A DNA stretch of 64,000 nucleotides from Leucoraja ocellata. Lineage: Eukaryota. Positions 11,301 through 20,685 of this stretch are shown one piece after another. Within the stretch, counting starts at the first letter, position 1. The number at the start of each line of letters is the position of its first letter. Below the pieces are notes generated by a model. It was given only the letters and a program-made list of their open reading frames with translations, had not been told where the DNA came from and did not search any database. A program made the translations under genes and the position numbers. The stretch is from contig JAWMAR010000061.1 of the NCBI GenBank assembly GCA_036785375.1, positions 9,176,001 to 9,240,000 of the forward strand. The letters run 5' to 3'.

Positions 11301-11726
11301 CAGTCAGAGAATGTTTAAGACATTAATACTTGGAATAAGGAGGGGGGGGGGTTGCCTTACGATTTTACACCGAGCACTCTAGTACTTGTCAATTAGGGAG
11401 GTCAATGGGCAGTGAGGTTCAGGCAACGGTGCCCAGTAGAGCTGGTGTCCCTCACACCAACCTGTCCCAGATAATTACCGCCCTACCTGGGGCCCAGGAC
11501 CGGCGCTGTGTGGAGCCGGGCCCCTCGCCATCTCCGCCCGCAAACTCCGCTGCAGGTGCAGTCGCCGGTACTTCAACTTCTCGTTCTCCTCTCTGAGGCT
11601 CTGCAAGTCCGAGCCGACTAGCAACTCCTCGTCTTCACTTTGCAGCCGCTCAATCACTTGACTGAGCCGACGGACCTCAACCTCCTGGTCGGCCAAGAGC
11701 TGCGCTATCGCCGCCGCCGCCATCAT
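2137..11726 (-). CDS. TARS3: Threonyl-tRNA synthetase 3 (TARSL2), 12 coding exons, 1596 nt / 531 aa, lacking TGS and most of the editing domain
   Basis: Exons 11726-11487, 10420-10286, 9192-9094, 8047-7881, 6533-6371, 6038-5901, 5526-5449, 5363-5263, 5101-4997, 3169-3100, 3024-2910, 2321-2137 join without stops. ThrRS motifs [80 protein letters not shown]. The N-terminal leucine zippers and the TM2D3/TJP1 synteny indicate TARS3 rather than TARS1. Confidence 0.9.
2910..3024 (-). CDS. TARS3: TARS3 exon (anticodon-binding domain)
   Basis: [38 protein letters not shown], 115 nt. Confidence 0.9.
3100..3169 (-). CDS. TARS3: TARS3 exon (start of anticodon-binding domain)
   Basis: [23 protein letters not shown]|GTGAGT, 70 nt. 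Confidence 0.88.
3660..4505 (+). mobile_element. Degenerate CR1-type LINE fragment interrupted by a Penelope-derived hairpin (~3910-4143)
   Basis: CR1 RT-like remnants ([11 protein letters not shown]...[15 protein letters not shown]); nested agacacaaaatgctggagtaactc...gcatctgcagttccttcctac. Confidence 0.6.
4997..5101 (-). CDS. TARS3: TARS3 exon (motif 3)
   Basis: [34 protein letters not shown], 105 nt. Confidence 0.92.
5263..5363 (-). CDS. TARS3: TARS3 exon
   Basis: [33 protein letters not shown], 101 nt. Confidence 0.92.
5449..5526 (-). CDS. TARS3: TARS3 exon
   Basis: [26 protein letters not shown], 78 nt. Confidence 0.9.
5901..6038 (-). CDS. TARS3: TARS3 exon ending in a GC donor
   Basis: [46 protein letters not shown]|GCAAGT, 138 nt. 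Confidence 0.88.
6371..6533 (-). CDS. TARS3: TARS3 exon (motif 2)
   Basis: [54 protein letters not shown], 163 nt. Confidence 0.92.
7881..8047 (-). CDS. TARS3: TARS3 exon (motif 1, Zn-ligand Cys)
   Basis: [36 protein letters not shown]...LKPMNCPGH, 167 nt. Confidence 0.92.
9094..9192 (-). CDS. TARS3: TARS3 exon (start of catalytic domain)
   Basis: [37 protein letters not shown] bounded, 99 nt. Confidence 0.92.
9880..10262 (+). mobile_element. CR1/HER1-type LINE 3' end
   Basis: [12 protein letters not shown]..., [43 protein letters not shown] and the 3' UTR gatcagccatgatc...gaatggcctattcctgcacctattttctatgtttcta; close match to the copy at 60.7-61.1 kb. Confidence 0.8.
10286..10420 (-). CDS. 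TARS3: TARS3 exon: degenerate end of N2 domain plus linker
   Basis: [45 protein letters not shown] resembles ThrRS NSSTYWEG...LQRIYG...RDHRKIG; weak AAG acceptor, GTATGG donor, phase 0-0. Confidence 0.75.
11487..11726 (-). CDS. TARS3: TARS3 exon 1: N-terminal ArgRS-like double leucine-zipper extension
   Basis: [29 protein letters not shown]...[25 protein letters not shown]...GPQ|GTAGGG, 240 nt, phase 0, CpG island. Confidence 0.85.
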
Positions 11727-11742
11727 CCCGCCCACCCCACGG

Positions 11743-11905
11743 CCACCGGCACCCACGCAGGCGCACTGACGGACCGCCGGCACTCACGCAGACGCACTGA
11801 CGGACCGCCGGCACTCACGCAGACGCACTGACGGACCGCCGGCACCCATGCAGACGCACTGACGGACCGCCGGCACCCACGCAGGCGCACTGAGCGACCG
11901 CCGGC
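11743..11905. repeat. 31-bp GC-rich minisatellite (5 units plus partial) in TARS3 5' UTR/promoter
   Basis: Unit ccgccggcac(t/c)cacgcag(a/g)cgcactgacgga starting at 11743, 11774, 11805, 11836, 11867, 11898. Confidence 0.9.
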
Positions 11906-12454
11906 GAGAGATCCCGTTGCCATAGGGACTGTATGAGACGATGAAGCCCATTCGACGTCTCCTGAGGAACAGCAAGTTTACGGTGGGTGTTTAGTCGAAT
12001 ATCTCCCAGTTATGAAGCACTCATTTGAAGCCACACTTCTAACATCTAATAGGGGTGGAAGAGTTCCAGATTTCCGCTGGCCTTACTGCTTTCCCTGAAG
12101 GGCCTGTCTACATTCGGCCCCCTGTCTGAAGAAGGTTCTCGACCCGAAACATCCTCTCCTCTCTTCCACAAGCAGAAGATAAACGCCAGTGAAAATCAGT
12201 GCCCTTGGAACTGTGCCAAATTAATGTATTTGTGAAACCCTACCACAGTGAGACTCAGCGTCTGTAGATCTTACACTGATGAGAATCGATGTCTATGGGA
12301 CTGGTACCTCCAGTTTAAATTCCATTTGGAATATTTTGGAGGACCAAGAACCCCAGTGAAGTCAGCTTCTGTGGTATTGATACATTGGAACACAAGAATA
12401 TAGGAGTGTGAGTCAAACCTATCCTGTCATTCAAAGTCACTATAATATCAATAT

Positions 12455-12790
12455 TACAGTGATGGTGGAAGGTTGTTTTTCAGAAGGAGGCCTGTAATTA
12501 ATGGTGTGCCTTGGGGCTCAATGCTGGCCCATTGTTGTTTGTCATCTACATCAATGTTTTGGATGAGAACATATAGGCATGATTTGTAAGTTTGCATATG
12601 GCAGTAAAGTGGGTGGTATTGTGGATAGCGAAGACGGTTGTCAAAAATTGCAGCAGAATCTTGATTGGTTGAGCAGGTGGGCAAGGGATGGTGAATGAGT
12701 TTAATACAGTTAAGTATGAGGTGTAGATATGGCATATTGGTTGGTGTGGGCATTAGATGACGGGTTTGTTTCCATGATGTATGACTATGA
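12455..12790 (+). mobile_element. Old CR1-type LINE RT fragment
   Basis: gtgatggtggaaggttgtttttcagaaggaggcctgta...ggtgtgccttggggctcaatgctgg (GVPQGS-like RT motif, degenerate). Confidence 0.55.
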
Positions 12791-13034
12791 CTTTATAACT
12801 CTATGCCAAGTAGATGCAGATCAGAGTGATCAGGTTGCACAGAATAATTGGTGGTTTGAGTCTGACAATCAGTCAACAGCTTAATGGTAGATGACGTTGC
12901 AAATCCCTAACTTGCTGTAATCCTCTTGACCAGTGAGCACAGAGAAAGCTCATTGCGGAAGATAATCCTGTCATGCTGCACACACTTGTTGGCCCAGAAA
13001 CATCTCAATGAGAGAAACATGTGGTCCATTTGTT

Positions 13035-13785
13035 CATGTTTAAGAAATACTGCAGATGCTGGAAAAATCAATGTAGACACAAAATGCTGGAGAAACTCAG
13101 CAGGTGAGGCAGCATCTATGGAGAGAAGGAATAGGCGACGTTTCGGGTCGAGACCCTTTTTCAGACTGATGTCGGGGGGGGGGGGGGTGGGAAAAAGAAA
13201 GGAAGAGGCAGAGACAGTAGGCTTTGTGGCAAAGCTGGGAAGGGGGAGGGGAAGGAGGGAGCAAGCTAGGGCTATCTAAAATTAGAGAAGTCAATGCTTA
13301 TACCACTAGGGTGTAAACTACCAAAGTAAAATTTGAGGTGTTGTTCCTCCAATTTGCGCTGGGCCTCACTCTAGCAATGGAGGAGGCTCAGGACAGAAAG
13401 GTCAGATTGGTAATGGGAGGGGGAGTTGAAATGCTGAGCAACTGGAAGATCAGGTTGATTAATACGAATTGAGTGGAGGTGTTGGGCGAAGCGATCGCCG
13501 AACCTGCGCTTGGTCTCGCTAATGTAGAAGTTGGCACCTGGAACAGCGGATTAAGTAGATGAGGTTGGCGCAGGTGAACCTCTGCCTCACCTGGAAAGAC
13601 TGATTGGGTCCTTGGATGGAGTCGAGGGGGGAGGTAAAGCGACAAGTGTAGCATTTCCTGTGGTTGCAGGGGAAAGTACCCGAGGAGGAGGTGGTTTGGG
13701 TAGGATGAATTGACCAGGGAGTTACGGAGGGAACGATCTCTGCAGAAAGCAGAACGGGGAGGAGATGGGAAGATGCCTACCATAG
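13035..13785 (-). mobile_element. Penelope-like element: GIY-YIG endonuclease end plus pseudo-LTR
   Basis: Minus strand encodes FQVRQRFTC...RCSRCQLLHxxETKRRFGDRFAQHLHSIRINQPDLPVAQHFNSPSH, followed by the tail ctgaaaaagggtctcgacccgaaacgtc...ctccagcattttgtgtctac. Confidence 0.8.
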
Positions 13786-14298
13786 ATTGGAAGAGTAAGA
13801 AGTGATTCGACTGACACATATCAGATTCTAAGGGGGCTTGATAAGGTGGAAAGGATGTTTCCTCTTATGAGAGAATCTATAAAGGGAAGAGGCAGAGATA
13901 CCATTTGTAAATATGGGATGATCCTTTTAACAGAGCAATTAGGCATATGTTTTCTTTCAGAAGCTAGTGAATCTTAGGAATTCTGTTGTTCACAAGGCAG
14001 TGGAAGCAAATGTTTTGAATAATTTTACGCATAGATGAATTCTTGACAAACAAGACAATGACAGATAAGGGGTGCGCCCTTAGCTAGAGTTGAAGTGATT
14101 GTCAGATCAGCCATAAACTTATTAAATGGTGGAACAAAATTGAAAGCCAAATAGCCTACAGATGCTCCAAAATCATAAGAGTGTATGACAGTGTATAAAA
14201 AGGGCAGGTCTTGTTCTTTTGTTACACGGGAAAGTATCAGCTGGAGAGAGTGGTAGAGATAGAAGAGTGAATTAGAGCATTGTGCAAATAATACAGTA

Positions 14299-14482
14299 GG
14301 TAGACACAAAAAGCTGGAGTAACCCAGCGGGACAGGCAGCATCTCTGGAGAGAAGGAATGGGTGACATTTCGAAACGTCACCCATTCCTTCTCTCCAGAG
14401 ATTCTGCCTATCCCGCTGAGTTATTCCAGCTTTTTGTATCTACCTTTGATTTAAACCAGCATCTGCAGTTCTTTCTTACACA
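14299..14482. mobile_element. Penelope-derived palindromic element (near-perfect ~70-bp arms around tttcgaaa)
   Basis: ggtagacacaaaaagctggagtaac...gggtgacatttc|gaaacgtcacccattcc...ccagctttttgtatctacc. Confidence 0.8.
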
Positions 14483-16049
14483 TCGTGGAAATAATTATTG
14501 TTTTGGGAGACTGAAAGCAGTATGGAAGGGAAGATCTGTCCGCTGGTGATATCACATTGGGATAACATAAACTGTGTGCTTATTAATGCACCAACTGGAA
14601 AAACCGTCTCAAGACTGAAGATTTCTTCTATCGTTCTGCTGGGAGAATGTTTTAATGCTTTGTTAATGTGATCAAAGTCCCCAAACTTAGTTGGAGAATG
14701 TGGAAGTGGCAGCGTCTAATAGCAATGCCGGTGAACTGACTTCGGTGTTTACCATGTGGATGGCCTCATTACATCGCGTTTCATTAAGTGTTAATCAGGT
14801 GATGAACTATCCATGCATTTAATTTGCACGAAGTGTCTCCATGTAGATCTGCAGTGCATGTTCAGTGCACTGACCAGAAGATGCCAGATTCAATCTTTGT
14901 AATGCAATTAATTACTCCCAAGCCCAGGGAACGCAGTATGGACCTGGAGAGTACAGGAAATTATGTTCCTGATCATTACTGGTATATGCAGAGAGTGAAT
15001 ATTTTAGTTTTAAACAATAAAAACGGAGAAAACTCCTCCAATGGTCTACCTGGAAAGTGAAATTATTTTTACACGTTTAATTCTGTGTTAGCAATATTTT
15101 TTTTTACATTTTTACTTATGTTGTTTTGTAAATATCACTACTCAATTTTTACGTTTAATTTTAGGATACAGACGTCACTGGCAAAGCCAGCATTTGTTGC
15201 CTGTTCTGAATGGCCTAACATGAAATAGAAGTGCTGGAGTTACTCAGCAGGTCAGGTAACATCCATGGTGAGTGAGAGACAAAATTCTTCCAAAGCAAAG
15301 TGCTGTTGATAAAGAATCATTGACCTATAAAGTTAACTCTGATTCTCTGCTGACTCTCTTTCACTAAACTAAACATATTCAAACACTAGTGTATGTCTAT
15401 GTGTACACTGCTGTTCATTCGAGAGTTACTGCATAGAAGAACAAATATTCTACCAACCTTTCTTGCACCTCATCAATTTTAGATAATTTCAGGAAAAGCC
15501 AATCAGGATTTCCATAAAGTGTTGCTGCTGCCAGAAACATACTGCCCTGATAGCAGTGACAGAGTCCAATCAAACCTTTCCTCAATTTACCCAGAATCGA
15601 GCGAGTATGGGAGCTCATTCCAATGTCAGTGTATAATCAATGCCTGAGTTTGAGATGTATGAGCAGTGAGGGATAAAGAGTAAAAACAGATATTTGTAAT
15701 GTAAAATGAAAACAGACATTCTGGAAAGACTGCGCAGGTCAGAAAGAGAGACGTAATATTTCGAGTGGAGGACATTTTTAATCAGTTCTTTGGTTAATGG
15801 GGAAAAGACAAGGCTGATCCCAAGGATTAGCTTATTGACAGGGATATATATTACAGAAACAGGCCGTTTGGCCTATCTCATCCATGCCAACCGAGATGCC
15901 TATCCACACCAATATCCTTTGCCTTACCTATCAATAATGTACCTACTCACAAAAGGACACAGAGTGGTCGTCGTTCAGCAGATCAGACAGCATTTCTGGA
16001 GAACATAGATAGGTGACGTTTTGGGTCGAGACCCTTCTTCACTGTCTTA

Positions 16050-16560
16050 AACTTAAAGCCTGAGGACTAGTCTGTCTACTGTTCCACCAATTTTGATGTA
16101 ATCTGCAAACTTGCTCATCGTGCTACCTACATTCCCATCCCAATCATTAATATATATGGTAAAATAAGGGATCTACCACTGGCTACAGGTCTCCAATCTG
16201 AAAAGCAACCCTCTACTATCACCTTCTGCCTCATGCCACCAGCTAATTTTGTATCCAATTTGCTATCTCTTCCTGGATCCCATTTATTCAAATCTCTGGA
16301 CCTGCCTATGTTGCAGGACCTTGTCAGATGCCTTGCCAGAGTCCATGTAGACAAAGCCCTACCTTTGCCATTCCTCTTCATCTCCTCCTCAAAAAGACTC
16401 AAAATTTGTGAGACATTATCTCCCACAAAACAAAGTCATAGTGACTATCCCTGAACAGTCCTTGTCTTTACTAATTTGAATGTATCCGGTCCCTCAGAAA
16501 CCCTTCCATTATGTTTACCATGACTGATGTAAGGCTCACTATCTGTAGTTCCTGGGCTTT
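16050..16560 (-). mobile_element. CR1-type LINE RT fragment
   Basis: Minus strand ...RQKVIVEGCFSDWRPVASG... and KFAD-type motif, degenerate. Confidence 0.6.
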
Positions 16561-16749
16561 TGCTAAGTAAAGATTTCAGGTACGGAAAGGTTTCAATAAG
16601 GAATTATTGAATTAGAGAATCTAATGAGGAAACTAAGAACGCAAGGCTAGGTTGAAATGTGAGTGTTCTTAGCTTTTACAATTTACTCCAATCTCTATCA
16701 CGTAAAATCCCAGTTTTTACAATTTTATTTTCTTAAATCCAATCTTTAG

Positions 16750-16884
16750 CAAATGTGAAGCATCTCTGGCTGAAGAACAGATAATTGAAGAGAAACAGGA
16801 ATGGAACCAGTGAGAGGCAGATCCAGCCCAGGGGTGGTGTCGGCCAGTTGCAGGGAAGTTCTGCATTTACCTCCATGGAGCATT
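16750..16884 (+). other. Candidate non-coding 5' UTR exon of the upstream TJP1 isoform
   Basis: Pyrimidine tract plus tttAG at 16749 and GTAAGC donor at 16885; purine-rich body; lies upstream of the acceptor at 17363. Confidence 0.3.
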
Positions 16885-17673
16885 GTAAGCCAAGTATTAG
16901 CTCACTTAAACTCAGAGCCTATGACTGAAAAGGGTTACAATTGAAAGGCATATAATGGTCGACTGACAGTATTCCCAATTTACAGGTATCCAATGATCCA
17001 ACATACTGAATGGTGCAATGCATTCACCCCGCCCTTACCATATTGATATAGGTCTGAGATACTCATAGTCCACAGCTTTAGTTTTCTAGTTAGAGTAGCA
17101 GCAAAACATTCAGCCAGACCCCAGAGCCCCTGGCAACTGTAAACATTTGGCTGAACATGGATTTAGAAGGGGCAGGAGTGTCTGGGGAAATTGTAAAGCA
17201 ATTTACATGTCAGTAAACTCCCAAATATGTAAGCAACAATATTGTTTTCCATGTTATTAAATATTCATAGGACTCCAGGGTTATTCAACAGTAATTTTAT
17301 TTATAGTTACAGTCATGAATTGTGATTTCCTTCATAGTCAGTGATTTTCACTTTGTTTTCCAGAAATATATTGCAGAAGCATTCTGGGTTTTTAGTCTGA
17401 GGAGATGTTGATGACAAATGCTTCAGGCAGGATAGGCGCTGCTCTGGGACTGACTGCTGATAGCTCGGGACAGTTTATTGCTGCCCATTACTTCTCTCAG
17501 CTTCACAATTCCACTGAGAATTTCTGTGTCACTTTCTTATTGAGGAATGGTTCTGCAAAGACCAAAATCAACTCGTACAATGGCAGCTGCACAGAGCTAA
17601 GAACATCGCTTTGTCATTCTGTTTATTGGATTTGTCGCAACTTTATTGCAGCTACATTTGAAATATCGAAGGA

Positions 17674-17768
17674 ATGAAGTATCAGAAATATCTGAGTGTG
17701 TTGCAGCTCTCTCTGGGAATAACTCCATCAAACAGGAGCTCAGTGCTGCCTCACAGAAGGGCCTTGTG
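17674..17768 (+). CDS. TJP1: TJP1 alternative upstream first coding exon (MKYQK isoform); exon probably starts at acceptor 17364
   Basis: MKYQKYLSVLQLSLGITPSNRSSVLPHRRAL(W)|GTGAGT matches the recalled vertebrate TJP1 long-isoform start MKYQKYLTVLQMAIGVTASNRGSLMPLKRKLW. Confidence 0.8.
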
Positions 17769-18538
17769 GTGAGTATCCCAGTCATCACCATGTTGTACAG
17801 CAACCTCTAGCCCTCTGATGTCAATATTATTAACAGTTTTATTCTGATTTGGAGGAACTGGGGTGTTCAGTATTCTGAGATGAAAGACTGGATATAATCT
17901 ACAAACATTTATCCATTACACTTCTATTGCCATTGCGTGTGTGTCAGTATTTAAAATAGTGAACTCTTTCATTTTTATTTTTGGCCTTTTAGTTACTGTC
18001 AATCCAAACCCTCTCTTGCAGTCTAAATTATCTCATCTTAATCACTTCCGTCTATAATTTGTGATAAAATGCCGAAAGGGATGTTTTGTACGTTAAACTT
18101 GAACTTCTCATTAAATCAACATTTTAATATAACCTCTGTTGACCTATGCAATATGCAGGTCTGATTTGCACGAATTGATGCTGATAATTCACATGCAACT
18201 AATTCTCCCTTCTATATCATGATCATTTATTTTTATATAAGCATTTTCCTCGTAACAATATGGTGTTGATTATTAAGAGTTTATTAAAACTCTTATTCTA
18301 ATCTCATATAGACAATTCGACCTGCACCTTGAGAAAACATACCCCAGGGATAGTCAGTACCTGGAGGAACTGATCACAGGGGGATGTGAGAACCAAGTAA
18401 TATTTTGCACAAACTCACTTATACCCCATCTCCCTCCTCAGCGCAAGCCCCTAACCAGTTATTGTGTGGAGGGTTAGCAATCTCATCCCCCTGTACATGG
18501 TCTACTGCAATAATGAGTTCAGCTTTGTTTCTCAACAG

Positions 18539-18674
18539 GTTGGTTCCAGACTGTTCTCCGTCACTTGGTGCACTGGACACTTGCAAACAAAGGAAACCGA
18601 AACTATCATTGAAATGTGTCAAGACTCAAAATCAACGTTGCAAAAGTCATGGCCATGGGAAATTGCCATTCTGT
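18539..18674 (+). CDS. TJP1: TJP1 alternative second exon of the MKYQK isoform
   Basis: tttgtttctcaacAG acceptor, GTGAGT donor, 136 nt, phase 2-0 bridging 17768 and 53461; LVPDCSPSLGALDTCKQRKPKLSLKCVKTQNQRCKSHGHGKLPFC aligns loosely with VTPSSENPNGATSSVSQGKPSLRRIKGRLHRSKS. Confidence 0.7.
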
Positions 18675-19199
18675 GTGAGTGCTTTTTTTAATTCTAAGTT
18701 ATCTCAGTTCAAAACAAGGACCAGCTCAGAATACAAATAGCCGGTCATGGGGTTTAAAATTGCTTTACTTTGAGGTGTCGAAAAGGCTGGTGTGCAAAGA
18801 TAGACTCAAAGTGCTGGACTAACTCAACGGGTCAGGCCTGATCTCTGGAGAACAAATATGGGTGACGTTTTGGCTCGGGACCCAAAGAACTGGGTGTCTA
18901 TGACAATTGATGTCCATGGAAGTAGGTGTGCAGGTAATCAGTGTGCAGGGAGCACATATCCAGAAGGCAGTGTTTAGATGTCTGGGAATACGTATGTCCA
19001 CAAATGTGGTATCCTGGAACCATCAGAGAGGTAAAAGATCACAGAGTATGAGAGTAACTCAACGGGTCAGGCAGCATCTCTGGAAAATTGGATAGGTGAC
19101 ATTTCTGGTTGAGAACCTTCATCAGACAGATCACCAAATCCTAGCCATTAAATCTGCTTCTATCACCCTTTTGGGCAGTATGTTCCAGATCACAATGAT

Positions 19200-19660
19200 T
19201 AGCCCAGGAACGAAGGAGATTTCAAAAAGTGTTGAATACTGCCCAGTCAATCACGGGTACTGACTACCCCACCATCAAAGCAATCTACAAGAGTCGCTGA
19301 CTCAAAAAGGCAGCCAGCATCATCAGAGATCCACTAAACTTTCATTTCACTCCTGCCATCGGGAAGCAGGCATAGGTGCCTGAAAACTCTAATGTCCAGG
19401 TTCTTCCCAACAACCATCAGGCTATTGAACAGTACAATCTCCAATTAGGCTCCAAACTATATAGACATGGAGGCATTATTTTTGACTTTGCATTATTATT
19501 GTCTATTTGTCTGTTTGTGTTTTTTTTTACATATATACTGAACTTTTTTTTGCTGTTTATTATGTGTTTTATATACAATGTTGACATATATGTTGTGTTG
19601 CTGCAAGTAAGAATTTAATTGTTCCATTTCGAGACATCTGACAATAAAATACTCTTGACT
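19200..19660 (+). mobile_element. Rex1/Babar-type LINE 3' fragment
   Basis: ...ctcaaaaaggcagccagcatcatcagagatcc...ctcctgccatcgggaagcagg... (KAASIIRDP..LLPSG-type C-terminus) and gtaagaatttaattgttcc...gacaataaa tail. Confidence 0.55.
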
Positions 19661-20466
19661 CTAGACTCCCTAGCAATGTGAACAGGATTCTTACTGTTCC
19701 TTTTGATAGTAATTCTGTGCCCTCTAGTTGCCAATCCTTTATTTACTCCATCAAAATGTTGTTTAATTTTGAACACATTTATCAAATTTCCATCTCTTTT
19801 CTGATTCAAGGAAACATTCTCACCTTCTCCAGTCTCTCCATGTAAATATTATCCTGCTCCTAGATTCATTGTGGTAAATCTCCTTCATGTCCTCATGAAG
19901 ATGTTGGCATCCAAAGTATGGTTCTCCCAAATGGCACTTCAGCTGAGGCCAGTTGAGCTTCATACAGGTGTAGAATAACTCCATTCATTTTTCTCTATTG
20001 ATCAAGGCAAGGATTCTTGATTGTTTTGCACAGTATTCTTATTGTCCATCTATCTGCAAAGTGTGAACACACTTTTGTATCTCAATTTCTGTTCCTCTTA
20101 TAAAATGGAGGCCAGCTGCAAGCAGCCACTCTACCTAGTTCCACCTGTTCTACCTGCAGGAGATTTGTTGATCCTGCATGAATCTCCTGACAACCAATAG
20201 AACCATTATGGAAGCACATCCTTCTTGCCCCATGGAGCAGTCAGAGAAGATGAAAAGAAAGCCAGCAGGTGGCAGTGCAACCCTGGGGAATGAAATGTTG
20301 TAGACCCGCAAATTTGCTTAATTCTTTACAATGGACCTCACTGGAAAAGTATCACTATTACTTTTCAAAATCATCCAAGCCCACTGCCAGGATAAGTGTA
20401 CCAACACCAGTATTCTCTCCCAGGCCAACATCTTTACAACTGAGTCCGTAATTATATATTAACAAA

Positions 20467-20685
20467 TACACAATGAGTAGGTACACAAAAAGGCTGGAGA
20501 AACTCAGCGGGTGCAGCAGCATCTATGGAGCGAAGGAAATAGACAAAGTTTCGGGCAACTTTGGCCCGAAAAGTTGCCTATTTCCTTCGCTCCATAGATG
20601 CTGCTGTACCCGCTGAGTTTCTCCAGCCTTTTTGTGTACCTTCAATTTTCCAGCATCTGCAGTTCCTTCTTATACACAATAAGTA
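20467..20685. mobile_element. Penelope-derived hairpin element with 64-bp arms and flanking direct repeat
   Basis: Arms 20479-20542 and 20578-20641 are reverse complements with one mismatch; tacacaat(g/a)agta at 20467 and 20673. Confidence 0.8.

Noticed and set aside
2137-11726. Calling TARS3 a pseudogene, or calling it TARS1
   Set aside because: No stops or frameshifts in 12 exons and all splice sites are usable; leucine-zipper exon and synteny indicate TARS3. A very young pseudogene cannot be excluded without expression data.
11743-11905. 31-bp repeats as a CRISPR array
   Set aside because: Head-to-tail units without unique spacers in vertebrate DNA: a minisatellite
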